From sequence record PV037056.1: DNA of 64,000 bases. The stretch is one strand, 5' to 3'. Positions 37,223 through 48,324 of this stretch are shown here, in pieces (positions within the stretch are counted from its first letter, which is position 1; each line of letters starts with the position of its first letter). The position numbers and the translations under genes were made by a program. The DNA comes from Staphylococcus phage Fi4S2. The notes beneath the pieces were generated by a model. It was not told the origin of the DNA. It did no database searches and was given only the letters and a program-made list of their open reading frames with translations.

Positions 37223-39052
37223 TTAGGCTTGTAATGTTTGTTGCTTGTAAACCAAGCTAACAGTAATTTTCTTGAAGCTTCTGATTGGGTAAACTGTCAT
37301 AGCAATTTGAGCTTGATTTCCAATTACACTAACTTGGATGTCTTCAGCATCAAATCCTTGGATTTCTTGGTCTGCAACTTTCTCATTCAAGTATCCGATT
37401 AAGAAGTCTTTGATAAGTGAAGCACTTGTTGCAAATGTTCTTGTACCAATGAATCTATTATCTAGTCTAACTTTAAGTTCAGATACTAAGAAGTCATTAG
37501 CTTCTCCGACTGACATCTCTTGTTTAACAGGGTCTGATTTGTCATTGTAAGTAGTGATGTCATTGACAATACGGAAGAATGTCTCAGTACGACTACGTAC
37601 AAATTCAATAGGTACAATACCATTATCATTCAATTGGTCTAATCCTGTACCATCTAAAACAATGTCTAGGTTGTTCAAGAATAAACGTTTGAATGTAATA
37701 GATTCACCAATGTCTAACCCTGTAGCTAGTCCACCGATAGCAGAAGCCATCAAGTAAGCTGGTACATGTAAAGCACGACCATCTTGCATTGAGAACTCAC
37801 CACTAGAAGCAATAAGCATTACACGTGGGTTAGATTTTAATCCTGATACACGAGCTAAGAGTTTTTCTTTAGATTCTTTGAATCCTCCACCTACAATAGC
37901 TCTCATAGGTTCACCAATGTCAGAACGCTCTTTAACAAAGTGTCCTGCCTCAGCATGTACAGATTCTTTATCAGTTAATGGTACTAGGTAGTAACCACCT
38001 TCATTAGCAAACTTAGCAAATTTGTCTGACCAAGTAGTAACAGGGTCTCCGTTAGAACCACCTGATAAAGCTACCTCATCAAATGCTTCGATTTGCTCAC
38101 CTTGAACTTCTTCAAAAGCTACAAGGTCACTGTACTCTGTTTGAAGTTTGATGTCACCAAAAATAGCTTTAAGGTAAACAAAGTCTTCTTTAACACTTAC
38201 GTTAGTTGCCTCATCTAAAGTTGTAGTATCAACATTCTTATCACCAAATGGAGAAACTTTCACTTCAAAGTCAGGTAAGTTATTAATGTCAGAGATAAGT
38301 GAGTTAGCATCTGTATATGTTTTAGCTAAGTCGTAAATTTTAGCAATTCTTCCAGTACCTTCAGAAGTTGATTGTGTAGCTGTAACATTAGCGCTCTCTT
38401 CTCCTGCTTCAACCTCTACATTTTCAGGGTCTTCTGCTTGAGTAGCTCCTAAAACAACATTACCTTTCTTAGCTTCTTCAGCATCAATCTTGCTTCCTAC
38501 TGATAAAACTAATTTAGTTGATTTATGAGTTTCAGGGTCTTTAACAACACTATAAAATGCTGAACCTTCATCACCTGTATAATGGATTTGGAAGATGTTA
38601 CCTAAGTTGTCGTATACTTCAAATCTGTTATCATCAGGGAAATTAACTTTTAAACGTTTTGAGTCTGAGATTGTGTTATCCTCTAATGCTACAGAGATAT
38701 TGTTAGATACACTACCGTAAACCTTAGAAAGTACTTTCATTCCAGTTGTTGTTAACTGAGATGCTTCTGCATTCTCTAAACGCATAGCAAGAATTGTTCC
38801 TGCTGTTGCATCAGGAGAGCCTGTCCAAGCTAACTCAATTGCATCCATCAGTTCACCTGAACGGAAAATGCTTCTTGCAAATGTAATATTTTTTATTTCA
38901 TAGACTGTATTAGGTTTTCCTCCCTCTGCCTTACCGATAAGGCAAAGAACTTTCTCACTGTCACTTGCAGTACCACTTAAATTACTTGTGTCTGTTTTAA
39001 TGACTGTGTGAGGTCTACTAATGTCATAACGTGGGTATTGTATTTCTGCCAT
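37223..39052 (-). CDS. tail sheath protein (609 aa)
   Basis: Size, the N-terminus MAEIQYPRYDISRP..., and position after the head-tail genes are typical of myovirus sheath proteins in SPO1/Twort-like phages. Confidence 0.75.
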   Translation of the reverse strand: MAEIQYPRYDISRPHTVIKTDTSNLSGTASDSEKVLCLIGKAEGGKPNTVYEIKNITFARSIFRSGELMDAIELAWTGSPDATAGTILAMRLENAEASQLTTTGMKVLSKVYGSVSNNISVALEDNTISDSKRLKVNFPDDNRFEVYDNLGNIFQIHYTGDEGSAFYSVVKDPETHKSTKLVLSVGSKIDAEEAKKGNVVLGATQAEDPENVEVEAGEESANVTATQSTSEGTGRIAKIYDLAKTYTDANSLISDINNLPDFEVKVSPFGDKNVDTTTLDEATNVSVKEDFVYLKAIFGDIKLQTEYSDLVAFEEVQGEQIEAFDEVALSGGSNGDPVTTWSDKFAKFANEGGYYLVPLTDKESVHAEAGHFVKERSDIGEPMRAIVGGGFKESKEKLLARVSGLKSNPRVMLIASSGEFSMQDGRALHVPAYLMASAIGGLATGLDIGESITFKRLFLNNLDIVLDGTGLDQLNDNGIVPIEFVRSRTETFFRIVNDITTYNDKSDPVKQEMSVGEANDFLVSELKVRLDNRFIGTRTFATSASLIKDFLIGYLNEKVADQEIQGFDAEDIQVSVIGNQAQIAMTVYPIRSFKKITVSLVYKQQTLQA

Positions 39053-39073
39053 TTTTTAGTCACCTTTCAATAT

Positions 39074-39301
39074 TTATTTTAATTTCTTACCTAAATACTG
39101 CTCTAAGTAAGGGATAAAATCCTGTTCTGCATGTTGGTAATATTTACCTTGCATGAATGCTTTAAATCCTTCTACTTGACCTGCTGTGAGACCAAAGTAG
39201 TTCTCAGCAGTATCTAAGAAAGTAAAGATGTCTGCATAGGGTTTAGACGTTTTAACTGTCTTAACTGTTTGTTTCTTCTTTGCCATCTGTGTAACCTCCA
39301 C
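39074..39301 (-). CDS. hypothetical protein (75 aa)
   Basis: ORF in the head-tail joining region. Confidence 0.35.
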   Translation of the reverse strand: MEVTQMAKKKQTVKTVKTSKPYADIFTFLDTAENYFGLTAGQVEGFKAFMQGKYYQHAEQDFIPYLEQYLGKKLK

Positions 39302-40121
39302 GTGTTTTAAATAATAGTTCTGTTATTTCTCTAGCTATTGTGTAATCAATAGAATGTGTTACTTGGTATCTAATTGTTACAGGTCTACCATGTATTGGTC
39401 TTTCACCATCATCGTATACAGGAGCCATGTCACCAAAAGTAAGATTTTGCAACTTCATAACATTTTGCTCTTCTAGGTTCTCTCTTGACATTATTAGTAT
39501 CATTTTAAGAACAGCATCCAAGCATCTTGCTGTATCAATTGAGTTACTTAGTGGTATAACAACTACCGATTCATCGGCCTCGAACCCTTTCACACTACCT
39601 TTACTATCTCCTCTATATTCAATATAAAAGAATGTATAGTAATTACCAACTAAATGTTCATTACCATCCTTTCTCATCTTTAAGAGGTTTTTATCTAAAG
39701 TTACATTATCATAATCTGAGAATTGAAGGTCAGTAGATATTGGCATAGAAGCTAGTTCAGTAGGGAACTCGAAGAATAAGTAATCTTCAGCTTCTTGTAT
39801 TTCTAGCTGTACAGAGTTCTCATCCCCCTCTTCTCCTTCATAAGAACCTAAGATATTCCCTAGTGATGAACCATTCTCATTGCTGTTTCCCAGTTGCACA
39901 ACATAACTTGCTGTAGCTTCTAATGGGCTCTGTGGAAATGTATAGGAAATATTAACGTCTAACTTAGGATTCTCACCACAAAAATCTTGTAGGAAATTGT
40001 CCCTCACCTCACTATCAAAGTCTTTTAAAACTTCCTTCATAATATAGCACTTTGATAGTAATGCTTTTGTTTTCTCTTTTAATAATTGTGAAATATATGT
40101 ATCAGGGCTTACTATTGCCAA
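39261..40121 (-). CDS. hypothetical virion protein (286 aa)
   Basis: ORF between the capsid and sheath genes. Confidence 0.4.
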   Translation of the reverse strand: MAIVSPDTYISQLLKEKTKALLSKCYIMKEVLKDFDSEVRDNFLQDFCGENPKLDVNISYTFPQSPLEATASYVVQLGNSNENGSSLGNILGSYEGEEGDENSVQLEIQEAEDYLFFEFPTELASMPISTDLQFSDYDNVTLDKNLLKMRKDGNEHLVGNYYTFFYIEYRGDSKGSVKGFEADESVVVIPLSNSIDTARCLDAVLKMILIMSRENLEEQNVMKLQNLTFGDMAPVYDDGERPIHGRPVTIRYQVTHSIDYTIAREITELLFKTRGGYTDGKEETNS

Positions 40122-40136
40122 ATTGGTTCCTCCAAT

Positions 40137-40745
40137 CTACTTTCCTAGATTCTTAGCTTGCCATTGTACAAGCCTTCTAAGGTTTTCTGAGAATGTTTTA
40201 GATTTTTTATCTCTACCGTTACTAAACCAACTACCTGCTGGTGATTTGTCCGATACTGTACGGAACATGACATAAGTAGAATTACGTTTACCTTTTGGTT
40301 TAACTCTAGTGATATTATTCTTAGAGCCTTGTGTAATAGGTATGTCATTTTTATAACCATTAGAATTCTGTAAAATGTCTGCTAGGTTAGCATTATTGAA
40401 TTTACGATTTGTTGGTATTTTATTTACTTGGTAGTACATGCTCCTACTCATTTTAGATGTTTTTAGTCTCATAGGTACAATTAAGTACCATCCACCATTT
40501 TTCTTCATCTTTCTCTTAGGAGACCTTGCAAAAGATTGCTTTAAATCCACATAACCATTCTTATTCTTTTGCTTCTCTGTTACTTCTAAGTACCTAGGCA
40601 TTTGTTTAACATTTACATTTTCACCTGAGTTATCTATAGCGTATCTAAATTGATTTATTACTTCATTTTCTACTGCATTTGTGACATTGTTAATATGTTT
40701 GGATGGATGATTAAAAACGTCAGGTCTTTTACTGCTATACCTCAT
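40137..40745 (-). CDS. hypothetical virion protein (202 aa), basic
   Basis: ORF, Lys/Arg-rich. Confidence 0.4.
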   Translation of the reverse strand: MRYSSKRPDVFNHPSKHINNVTNAVENEVINQFRYAIDNSGENVNVKQMPRYLEVTEKQKNKNGYVDLKQSFARSPKRKMKKNGGWYLIVPMRLKTSKMSRSMYYQVNKIPTNRKFNNANLADILQNSNGYKNDIPITQGSKNNITRVKPKGKRNSTYVMFRTVSDKSPAGSWFSNGRDKKSKTFSENLRRLVQWQAKNLGK

Positions 40746-41662
40746 TATAGCATACTTCCAAAGAATCCATCTCTGTTTTGCACAGTACCCTCAGGGTTAG
40801 AAGGTGTTGTTGAGGATGGCTTCATAAAGTTATTTATTTTAGCTTCTGCTTCTCTACGTTCTTTATCATCATCCATGTTATCTAGTATAAATGGCTCAGG
40901 TGGTACAACAGTATCTTCACGTTTTAACAGAATCTTTTGTGGGAAGTTTTCAAATGTTGGTTCTACTCGACCATTTTCAGTATATTGGTATCTACTCTCT
41001 TTCAGTAAATCCATAACAATATAACGCAGTGTCATAAATATATTTATAGCTATATTTTGATTTTGGAACTCTTCTGTTACAAACAGTTTTCCATCTTCAA
41101 TATAGTAGTCATTTTCTGTCAAGTCTCTTGTCTCTCCAGTAATAAACTCTACCTCTCTTACATCATACTTTAATCGTACACCTTTACGTTGTCTCTCAGG
41201 AGTTATATGGTAAATCATACTCTGAGGTATAACGACATCAGGTATTGTGATTCTGTCTCTAAATCCCATTCTAGTTTCAAATCTTGTAGTAAATATAGCT
41301 GTACCTGAGTCTACAAGACCTAAGTCTATGTTACTTGCACCCTTCATTTGAGACTGAATCATACCAAATGTATGCTGTGCAGGTTTATAAGCTACTCCTG
41401 TACCATGACACCTAGGGCATGTAGCTCTAGGTGATTGTGTTGTCTTACTTATACAGGTACATATATAACCTCTTTCCCATAATACTTTAATAGAACGGTC
41501 TTGAACATGTTTTTTAAAGTTTTCAGAAGTAAACTCAGTCCTAGAGCCTACACCTGTTTTCTCAGGTACAGAGTTATTATTAAATTGGTTACTAAGAGGT
41601 TGCTCTTTTGGTTCTTGTGATTGGTATGTACTTGGTTTACTTAAATTTACAGGTTCTTTCAA
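40745..41662 (-). CDS. hypothetical head-tail connector-region protein (305 aa)
   Basis: ORF. Contains CxxC...CxxC (CPRCHGTG...C..C). Confidence 0.4.
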   Translation of the reverse strand: MKEPVNLSKPSTYQSQEPKEQPLSNQFNNNSVPEKTGVGSRTEFTSENFKKHVQDRSIKVLWERGYICTCISKTTQSPRATCPRCHGTGVAYKPAQHTFGMIQSQMKGASNIDLGLVDSGTAIFTTRFETRMGFRDRITIPDVVIPQSMIYHITPERQRKGVRLKYDVREVEFITGETRDLTENDYYIEDGKLFVTEEFQNQNIAINIFMTLRYIVMDLLKESRYQYTENGRVEPTFENFPQKILLKREDTVVPPEPFILDNMDDDKERREAEAKINNFMKPSSTTPSNPEGTVQNRDGFFGSML

Positions 41663-41674
41663 TTACTAAACCTC

Positions 41675-42577
41675 CTATAGTGCAGTCATGTTTGTTCCGA
41701 AGTAAGAACGCAGTTTACTGACTAAATCTTTTATGTCTGCATCAATTTGTAAGATGTCTGCTGAATAACCACCATACATAGCTGATTGAGTAGTTACTAC
41801 AGATTCTGTTACATCATCCATAGATAATGAACGTGAAGCAATACCTGCACCAATAATTAAACGTCCTCCAACTTTAAACAGTTCTTTCATAGCATATTGT
41901 ATTACTAGTTTATGTAAGTTAGCTGGAAGCTCATACTCTCTAGTTACACCTTCACGTTTTCTTGGTAATAAACCTGCTACATATTCTATCTTAATCATCT
42001 GAGGTGCAAATGTTCTATTATAACCTGTAGCTGTAGCTCCATTTAAGTTAGGGTATCCTAGGAAAGCATTTGTATTATAGCCATCTCCTCCTGTTTGCAT
42101 TAGTGTAGTAGGGAAGATTTCTATATGACCTGGTAGACTATATACTTTCCACCAGTCACTTGGATAATCATAAATAGGCTTACCATTAAACTGAAGACCT
42201 AAACGTTCCACCTGAATGATAGGTTTCTTTCTAACATGAGTAAACATGAAACTTTGGAACTCTTGTTCATTATAATCATGTATCTCAGTTTCTAGTCTAG
42301 GTAAGATAACTATGTCTAGTTCTTGTTCTGCTTCAGCAATTGCAGATTCAAATAGATAGTTATAAAAGTGTTCATCTAAAATATTACCATTCTCATCCTT
42401 AATGTCAATACCAAACATGAAATAGTTTTTTATTACATCAGGTGTCCACCCATAATCTTCTAGAGTAATGTCATCTATGTCTTTTACGTCTACACGTTTA
42501 GGATTTGATGGGTCTCTATGTGGGTCTTTGTTAAAGTTTGTTAAATGTGATGTAAAGGAGCTATTGTTGCCATACAT
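41675..42577 (-). CDS. hypothetical head-tail connector-region protein (300 aa)
   Basis: ORF with an RBS. Confidence 0.4.
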   Translation of the reverse strand: MYGNNSSFTSHLTNFNKDPHRDPSNPKRVDVKDIDDITLEDYGWTPDVIKNYFMFGIDIKDENGNILDEHFYNYLFESAIAEAEQELDIVILPRLETEIHDYNEQEFQSFMFTHVRKKPIIQVERLGLQFNGKPIYDYPSDWWKVYSLPGHIEIFPTTLMQTGGDGYNTNAFLGYPNLNGATATGYNRTFAPQMIKIEYVAGLLPRKREGVTREYELPANLHKLVIQYAMKELFKVGGRLIIGAGIASRSLSMDDVTESVVTTQSAMYGGYSADILQIDADIKDLVSKLRSYFGTNMTAL

Positions 42578-42589
42578 GTAAAGCCCTCC

Positions 42590-42868
42590 TTACTCTTCAG
42601 TTTTCTTAGTAGTAGTTTTACGTGTTGTCGTTTTTTTAGGTGTAGATTTTGATGTGCTCTTAGATGCTGTGCTAGATTTAGTTGTACTTGATTTTGATGC
42701 TGTCTTCTTAGGTGCTACTTCAGGTTCTTCATAGCGGAAACCTTGTAGTTTACCCATTGCTTGTTCTTGAGCTTTTGTAAGACCTTCAATTACTCCATCT
42801 TCTCCAACTTCTAAGTCTCCATAATGTGTTGCTAATGTTTTACCTTTATAGTCAAAATTATATAACAT
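42590..42868 (-). CDS. small protein with a Ser/Thr/Lys-rich low-complexity C-terminus (92 aa)
   Basis: ORF directly after the capsid gene. The tail is ...KKTASKSSTTKSSTASKSTSKSTPKKTTTRKTTTKK. Confidence 0.4.
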   Translation of the reverse strand: MLYNFDYKGKTLATHYGDLEVGEDGVIEGLTKAQEQAMGKLQGFRYEEPEVAPKKTASKSSTTKSSTASKSTSKSTPKKTTTRKTTTKKTEE

Positions 42869-42894
42869 AGTTTAGTCTCCTCTGTTTGTTTTAT

Positions 42895-42930
42895 TAAATA
42901 AAAAAATAGTGGATATTAGATACCCACTAT
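42895..42930 (-). terminator. rho-independent terminator downstream of the major capsid gene
   Basis: On the minus strand, the hairpin atagtgg...ccactat is followed by a U-run. Confidence 0.45.
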
Positions 42931-42971
42931 TTAATTTTATTGCTATTTAGTTGTTATTAGGTTGTATTATC

Positions 42972-44360
42972 TTAACGGTAAGAAGCTAAGTAACCAACGT
43001 TTTTGATGCGTACCCAACGTTTAGGAGCACGTAGAGCTAAGGCACCATACCATAATACTGCGAACTGTTTAGCTGATGTTACTTGAGCTAAGTCTAAACG
43101 CATCATTGGTAACAACTCGAATAAGTGGATTACGTCAGGGTGTAACTCACCTACGAACACGTCTGCTGTACCTGGAATTGTTTGGTTTTTGTCTACAAAT
43201 GTGATGATACCATCTTCATCTGCTTCAGAAACTGAAATACGTTCTAATAAGTAGTATTGACGTACTCCATCATTTGCTTTACGGTATACAGATACAGATA
43301 CTGGACGGTTTTGGTATAATGAAGTCATTTGAATTTTTAATTCTACACCGTCATCTTTGTTAGCTACAACTGCTGTAACTTCTTCAGATGGTAATGATTT
43401 AGAGCTAGCTGAGTTAACAACTACTTTATATGAATGAGTAGCTAAGTCTACATCAGCAAATTCACCTTTTTGACCAGTTTTAACTGTAGCAGTAACTTTA
43501 GCTTGTTGTGGAGCTAAACCGTTACGAGGAACATAGTTTTCATCTAAGATGTTGTCTAAGTCCATTACAGTAGAACCGTGTAAGTTAATCAAACCACGAG
43601 CTGAGAAGAATTGAGTTACTGCATAACCAGTAGCAACGTTACCGTTATTGTCACGTACTAATTGACGTTGACGGTCTAATAAGTTATTGTTGAATGAAGC
43701 TTGTACACCGATAGGCATGTAAGCATCAGTTGGTTGACCATAGCCAGTACCGATAATTGTGGCCGCCTGGTTTAAGTCACGTTCTTCTAAGTCACGTCCA
43801 CGTAAGTCCATTACGTTACGTTCAGGGATTAATGTAGCTAATCCATCAAATTCATAACCTTCTTCACCTTCAGGAGCTAATGAAGCGTCACCATAGAATG
43901 AAGCCCATTCAATTGATTTTGCAACTGTTACGATACCTGCGTTTAATTCTACACGCTCAGGGTCAGCGATATTAGTTACTACTTGTGAAGCGATAGATAA
44001 TCTACGAGTATCAGATACGAACTTCATAGATACTGTTTTTTGACGTAATGCTGGGTCATTTTCAGGAGCTAATCCAATCTCAGGAGTGAATCGGCTTGAA
44101 CCAACTTCACCGTAGCTGTCAAATACAACGTACTTTTGTACAGTTGATTCTGCTGGACGTGTAGTTTGTACTAAGTCTTTCCATAAAGTTAAATCTTTAC
44201 GGTCATAAGTTAATGTCGTGATTTCAGAGTCTAATGCTTCTCTACGTAGCGCACCTGCATCTACTTGTGTATCAGGGCTAACTCCGTATCCTGTTTGGAA
44301 AGCTTTTAAAGCTTGTTCTTGAGCTGAAGATAATTGTTTTTCGATATTATTGTCTGCCAT
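42972..44360 (-). CDS. major capsid protein (462 aa)
   Basis: Length, position downstream of the protease and scaffold-like genes, GC and codon usage visibly higher than neighbours (high expression), and a terminator after it. Confidence 0.75.
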   Translation of the reverse strand: MADNNIEKQLSSAQEQALKAFQTGYGVSPDTQVDAGALRREALDSEITTLTYDRKDLTLWKDLVQTTRPAESTVQKYVVFDSYGEVGSSRFTPEIGLAPENDPALRQKTVSMKFVSDTRRLSIASQVVTNIADPERVELNAGIVTVAKSIEWASFYGDASLAPEGEEGYEFDGLATLIPERNVMDLRGRDLEERDLNQAATIIGTGYGQPTDAYMPIGVQASFNNNLLDRQRQLVRDNNGNVATGYAVTQFFSARGLINLHGSTVMDLDNILDENYVPRNGLAPQQAKVTATVKTGQKGEFADVDLATHSYKVVVNSASSKSLPSEEVTAVVANKDDGVELKIQMTSLYQNRPVSVSVYRKANDGVRQYYLLERISVSEADEDGIITFVDKNQTIPGTADVFVGELHPDVIHLFELLPMMRLDLAQVTSAKQFAVLWYGALALRAPKRWVRIKNVGYLASYR

Positions 44361-44460
44361 TTATTAAATCACCTTTCGTATGGGTTTTAGTTTATGTATT
44401 TTATTTGTCTAACTAGGTATGCTTATAATATAGCACACCTTAGTTACTTTATTTCATAAA

Positions 44461-45339
44461 TTACTTCAAGAAGGATTTGATTATGTTTTTATCTTGCTCA
44501 GAACCTCTACCTGTACCAATTCTGTACCAAGCATTTTTAGCTACATCAAGGTCTCTAAACTGTCTGTTGTCAGTTTTAGTTTTGTACGCTTGGATGTAAG
44601 CATCTTTGTTTTTCTTAACAAAATCAAAATCAGTTTCTTCCTCTTCTTGTTCTTCAGTAGATTTAGCTGTTTCTTCAGTTTCTTCTTCAGCAGAAGAGAA
44701 TGATTTTTCTACAGCATCTCCATTACCTTCTTCTTTAGAAGTTACAGATTTTTCTACTTGTTGCTCTTCAGGGTGCTCTTCTTTTTCTTCAGGTTGTTCA
44801 GGTTGTTCTTCATTTACTTCTTGTTCTTCTACAATCTTGTCTTCAATAGATTTAGCTGTTTCTTCTTTGTTCTCTTTTTCTTGATTTAAAACAGCATCTA
44901 GTTTGTCTTCAAGTGATTTAACAGTTGTTGTAAATGTCTCTAAAGCTTTAGCTAAAGTCTCTTCAGTAGTTAAAGATTTTTCAGTTTTGTCTTCTTTCTT
45001 CTTGTCTTTATCTTTTACTTCTTTAGAGTTCTTATCTTTATCAGATTCTTCCTCTTCTTCTTTAGAGTCTGTTTCTTCTTTATCTTTTGAGTCATCAGTA
45101 GACTTTTCAGCTTCCTTGTCTTCATCTTCCTCATCTTTATCTTTTTTATCTTTACGTTTCTTGTTGTCTTTATCTTCTGTGTTAGTATCTGTATGGTCTA
45201 CAGGGTCATTAGATTCTTTAGCTGATTTCTCAACTTCCTCTTCTTTACCTGCTTCTTGTTCTTGCTCTACTACTTCTTGCTCTTTGTTTTCTTCTACAGA
45301 TTTTTCTGTTTCTTCAAATTTATCTAAGAAATTACCCAT
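44461..45339 (-). CDS. highly acidic Glu/Lys/Asp-rich protein (292 aa), probably a scaffolding protein
   Basis: Low-complexity charged helical sequence between the prohead protease and capsid genes. Confidence 0.5.
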   Translation of the reverse strand: MGNFLDKFEETEKSVEENKEQEVVEQEQEAGKEEEVEKSAKESNDPVDHTDTNTEDKDNKKRKDKKDKDEEDEDKEAEKSTDDSKDKEETDSKEEEEESDKDKNSKEVKDKDKKKEDKTEKSLTTEETLAKALETFTTTVKSLEDKLDAVLNQEKENKEETAKSIEDKIVEEQEVNEEQPEQPEEKEEHPEEQQVEKSVTSKEEGNGDAVEKSFSSAEEETEETAKSTEEQEEEETDFDFVKKNKDAYIQAYKTKTDNRQFRDLDVAKNAWYRIGTGRGSEQDKNIIKSFLK

Positions 45340-46183
45340 TCCTCAATTGCTCCTCTCTCATGTTTAATACAGCTCTTTCTGCTTCTACTCTTGAAAGTCC
45401 TTTTACAACTTGAAGAGTAAGAACTGCTGTATTATAATCTAGTTTATTCTCACTTTCTAAACAATCAACTACAGACTTCCATGTGTCTCTAATTGCTTGT
45501 GCGTTATCTAAGGAGTACACATCTGATAGTCTTGTAATACTTTGTGCTAAGGATTCTCTTCTCACAGCTCCACCATCTACTTGAGTTTCAGGTGAAGTAC
45601 CATGACCTGTTTCAAAAGCTTTAGATGTTAAACTCTTCCTGAATACATCCCATGTAGCTGTTGGATTAGCAGGAGATTTTGTGATAGCAACATTAGTAAT
45701 CATAACTTCCTCTATAATACGACTGTCATTCTCATTACGTTGTTTAATTACACCTTCTATAGAGAAACCTAATTTGCGTTCAACACCTGTTTTAGTTAAG
45801 GTATCAGCTAAGGTTATAATGGTTTGTGCATAAGGATTTTCATCAAAAAGTTTAGCTTCTACAAATAATCCTTTATTCACATCTACGCTACAGTTCTCTG
45901 TAGGTACACCAATAACATACTCAGCATCTTGTTGGTGCTCATAGTTTATCCAACCATGTTCTTTAAAATAAGAAATGTCAATACCTGTTGGATTTACTAT
46001 CTCATTTTGTAAGTCTAAAGTGTCATTAGAAGCCCATCCTTGTACATAGACTGTTTTCTTTTCTGCCTCAGTATCAACAGATTTAACAGTGTCTATGGGA
46101 AGGAAAATACTCATTGACTTTGTTTCTACATTATTCACAAGGATATTCACTCCTCTTTTTGGATTTCCTTCATAATATAGCAC
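45332..46183 (-). CDS. prohead protease (283 aa)
   Basis: Position between the portal and scaffold/capsid genes. N-terminal sequence with the spacing expected of an HK97-type (S78/U35) protease. Not motif-verified. Confidence 0.6.
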   Translation of the reverse strand: MLYYEGNPKRGVNILVNNVETKSMSIFLPIDTVKSVDTEAEKKTVYVQGWASNDTLDLQNEIVNPTGIDISYFKEHGWINYEHQQDAEYVIGVPTENCSVDVNKGLFVEAKLFDENPYAQTIITLADTLTKTGVERKLGFSIEGVIKQRNENDSRIIEEVMITNVAITKSPANPTATWDVFRKSLTSKAFETGHGTSPETQVDGGAVRRESLAQSITRLSDVYSLDNAQAIRDTWKSVVDCLESENKLDYNTAVLTLQVVKGLSRVEAERAVLNMREEQLRNG

Positions 46184-46263
46184 TTTTAACTACCTATAGT
46201 TATAGTATCATATTATTGCTATTTTTTATTATAAAAAGCATAGGGGGTGTACCCCTACACTTA

Positions 46264-47937
46264 TTATTGTTTAGGCATTTTTATGTTTCCTGATGCGTTG
46301 TCTCTGTCATTAGAATGGTCTTTCATCTGACCTTTAACATCTGAATTAGATTGCTCCTCTTCAGGCTGTTCTTGCTCATTGCCATTAGCATCTTGTTGTT
46401 CTTGTTGTTCTTGTTCTTTAGCATCTTCTTTCTTATCTCTTTCTTGTTTATAAGCAAACTCTTTCTCTTGCATCAATTGAATTTGTCTTTGGACTGCTAC
46501 ACCATTTAGGATTGTATCTCCACCTGGTACAGTACCTTCAGCGCCTTGTTCAACACGTGCTTCATCAGGAGTTTTAAATAGTTCCATTTGTTTCTCAAGA
46601 ATTGCAAGTTTTTCAAGTTCTGTTTTATTATCTCCACCACTAAATTCAAATGTATATTTATCATTAAACTCAGGGATAATATATTTATTTATCATGTTTT
46701 CGATAAACTTCAGTAAAGGCTCTAAACCTTTAGTTTTTGAATCTCTGTGTTTTTCAGAAGAATTACCTTCATTCAAGGAGTTTGATTTTGAACCTGTTGC
46801 TCCACCTCTGTTAGGGAAGTTAATTTCAGATGGGTCAATACCATATACAGAACAGATAACATTGATAAGATAGTTTAACCATTTCTCAAATTGCATGTCA
46901 TTAGCAGTAGGTGTCATGTTAATGAACTTGACATCTTCAGCATTGATTACAGGTATTTGCCATGAACCGTTAATACCTGAAAGACTTGATTTCCATTCAC
47001 GTTTAAAGTTCTCTAAAGCATATGTAGTAGATTGTTGCTCTTGCTTAATTAATAATACCCCTCTAGTAGTACCACCATGCGAGAAGAATCTATCATTAAA
47101 AGCTTCTGTATTTTCGTGAGCTATAATCTGCTTTAATGCTACTTCTAATTCTGAGTACCCATAACCACTAGAAGCTATGTCTGTTCTAGGTCTTCTTACT
47201 CCCATAGCCATCTCTCTTGCAGTGTACTCATTAACAACTTTATCATCTATAACTTGTACAAACTTTGGTAACTTTTCTTTATTCCTTACAATTTTACTAT
47301 CTCTAGTTTTGTAAAATATAGTCGTAGGGTCAACAGCTAAGAAAGACAATAACTCTCCTGTATTCTTATCTATATTTTTCTCAAAGTTTACTTGGTCATA
47401 TAATAACGTGTCTCTTATTATTTTCTTACAAAAGTCATAAAAAGAATCTCTCTCTGTATCTACTTTTTTAGATGTATTAATTAAGAAATCTTCTATCTCT
47501 TTCATTTCTTTTTTCTCAGAGTCTGTAGCCTCTGCTGTAACATCTTTCAATCTTACTTCAAACCCCATACCTTTTTTAGAGTATCTAGTAGGTTGACAGT
47601 ATAAAGATACTTGGTCAGAACGTGTATTAATAATAGCATTTACAATAATGTTATTACCAAAACGCTTAAGAACTTCTTGAACTCTATGCATACTCTTAGT
47701 ATAGTTATTCTTTTCCCTATAGTCAGGGTTAACACTCATCATACCTAGTAAAGGTTCTTGTTGTGCAGTATCTTCTTGGCCTATAGCTTTTTCAACATAC
47801 CCCTTTTTAAGTAAGTCTTCATAGCTTTTGATACTACTAGTGAGTTGTTCAGCATCAACTTGACTAGCTAGTGTATTTGGTTGCTGAGTATTATTTTGTT
47901 GTGTACCTGAAAGTGCTAATTTCTCAAAAAAACCCAC
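46264..47937 (-). CDS. portal protein (557 aa)
   Basis: Size and position upstream of the protease match portal proteins of Twort-like phages. Acidic C-terminus. Confidence 0.7.
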   Translation of the reverse strand: MGFFEKLALSGTQQNNTQQPNTLASQVDAEQLTSSIKSYEDLLKKGYVEKAIGQEDTAQQEPLLGMMSVNPDYREKNNYTKSMHRVQEVLKRFGNNIIVNAIINTRSDQVSLYCQPTRYSKKGMGFEVRLKDVTAEATDSEKKEMKEIEDFLINTSKKVDTERDSFYDFCKKIIRDTLLYDQVNFEKNIDKNTGELLSFLAVDPTTIFYKTRDSKIVRNKEKLPKFVQVIDDKVVNEYTAREMAMGVRRPRTDIASSGYGYSELEVALKQIIAHENTEAFNDRFFSHGGTTRGVLLIKQEQQSTTYALENFKREWKSSLSGINGSWQIPVINAEDVKFINMTPTANDMQFEKWLNYLINVICSVYGIDPSEINFPNRGGATGSKSNSLNEGNSSEKHRDSKTKGLEPLLKFIENMINKYIIPEFNDKYTFEFSGGDNKTELEKLAILEKQMELFKTPDEARVEQGAEGTVPGGDTILNGVAVQRQIQLMQEKEFAYKQERDKKEDAKEQEQQEQQDANGNEQEQPEEEQSNSDVKGQMKDHSNDRDNASGNIKMPKQ

Positions 47938-47951
47938 GTTGTTAGCCCTCC

Positions 47952-48317
47952 TTATTTACTTAATGTTAATTTATCTGTTGTATTATATAATACTTTACTT
48001 ATCTCAGGCTCTATTTCTACTTCCTGATGTGTTGGATGTTCTATGTAATAAAATGTTTTTCTGCTTTCCATAACAAGATTATAATCCATTAGGTGTATAG
48101 TATCGTTAGCATCTATTAAAACAACTTTGTTATCAGTTGTAGCTTCTAAAATTCTATACTGCACTCTATCTATAGCTACAAATACAGCTACATGCTTTCC
48201 TCCTATTTGTCGGTAGTAGTCTACAACTTCTATCCAATTACCATCTTGTCCTTGCTCTCTAATAAAGTCTTTTGCTTCTTTCCATTTCTCATCCTGAGAA
48301 AATACCAAGTTTATCAC
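47952..48317 (-). CDS. hypothetical protein (121 aa)
   Basis: ORF. Confidence 0.35.
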   Translation of the reverse strand: MINLVFSQDEKWKEAKDFIREQGQDGNWIEVVDYYRQIGGKHVAVFVAIDRVQYRILEATTDNKVVLIDANDTIHLMDYNLVMESRKTFYYIEHPTHQEVEIEPEISKVLYNTTDKLTLSK

Positions 48318-48324
48318 TACCTAT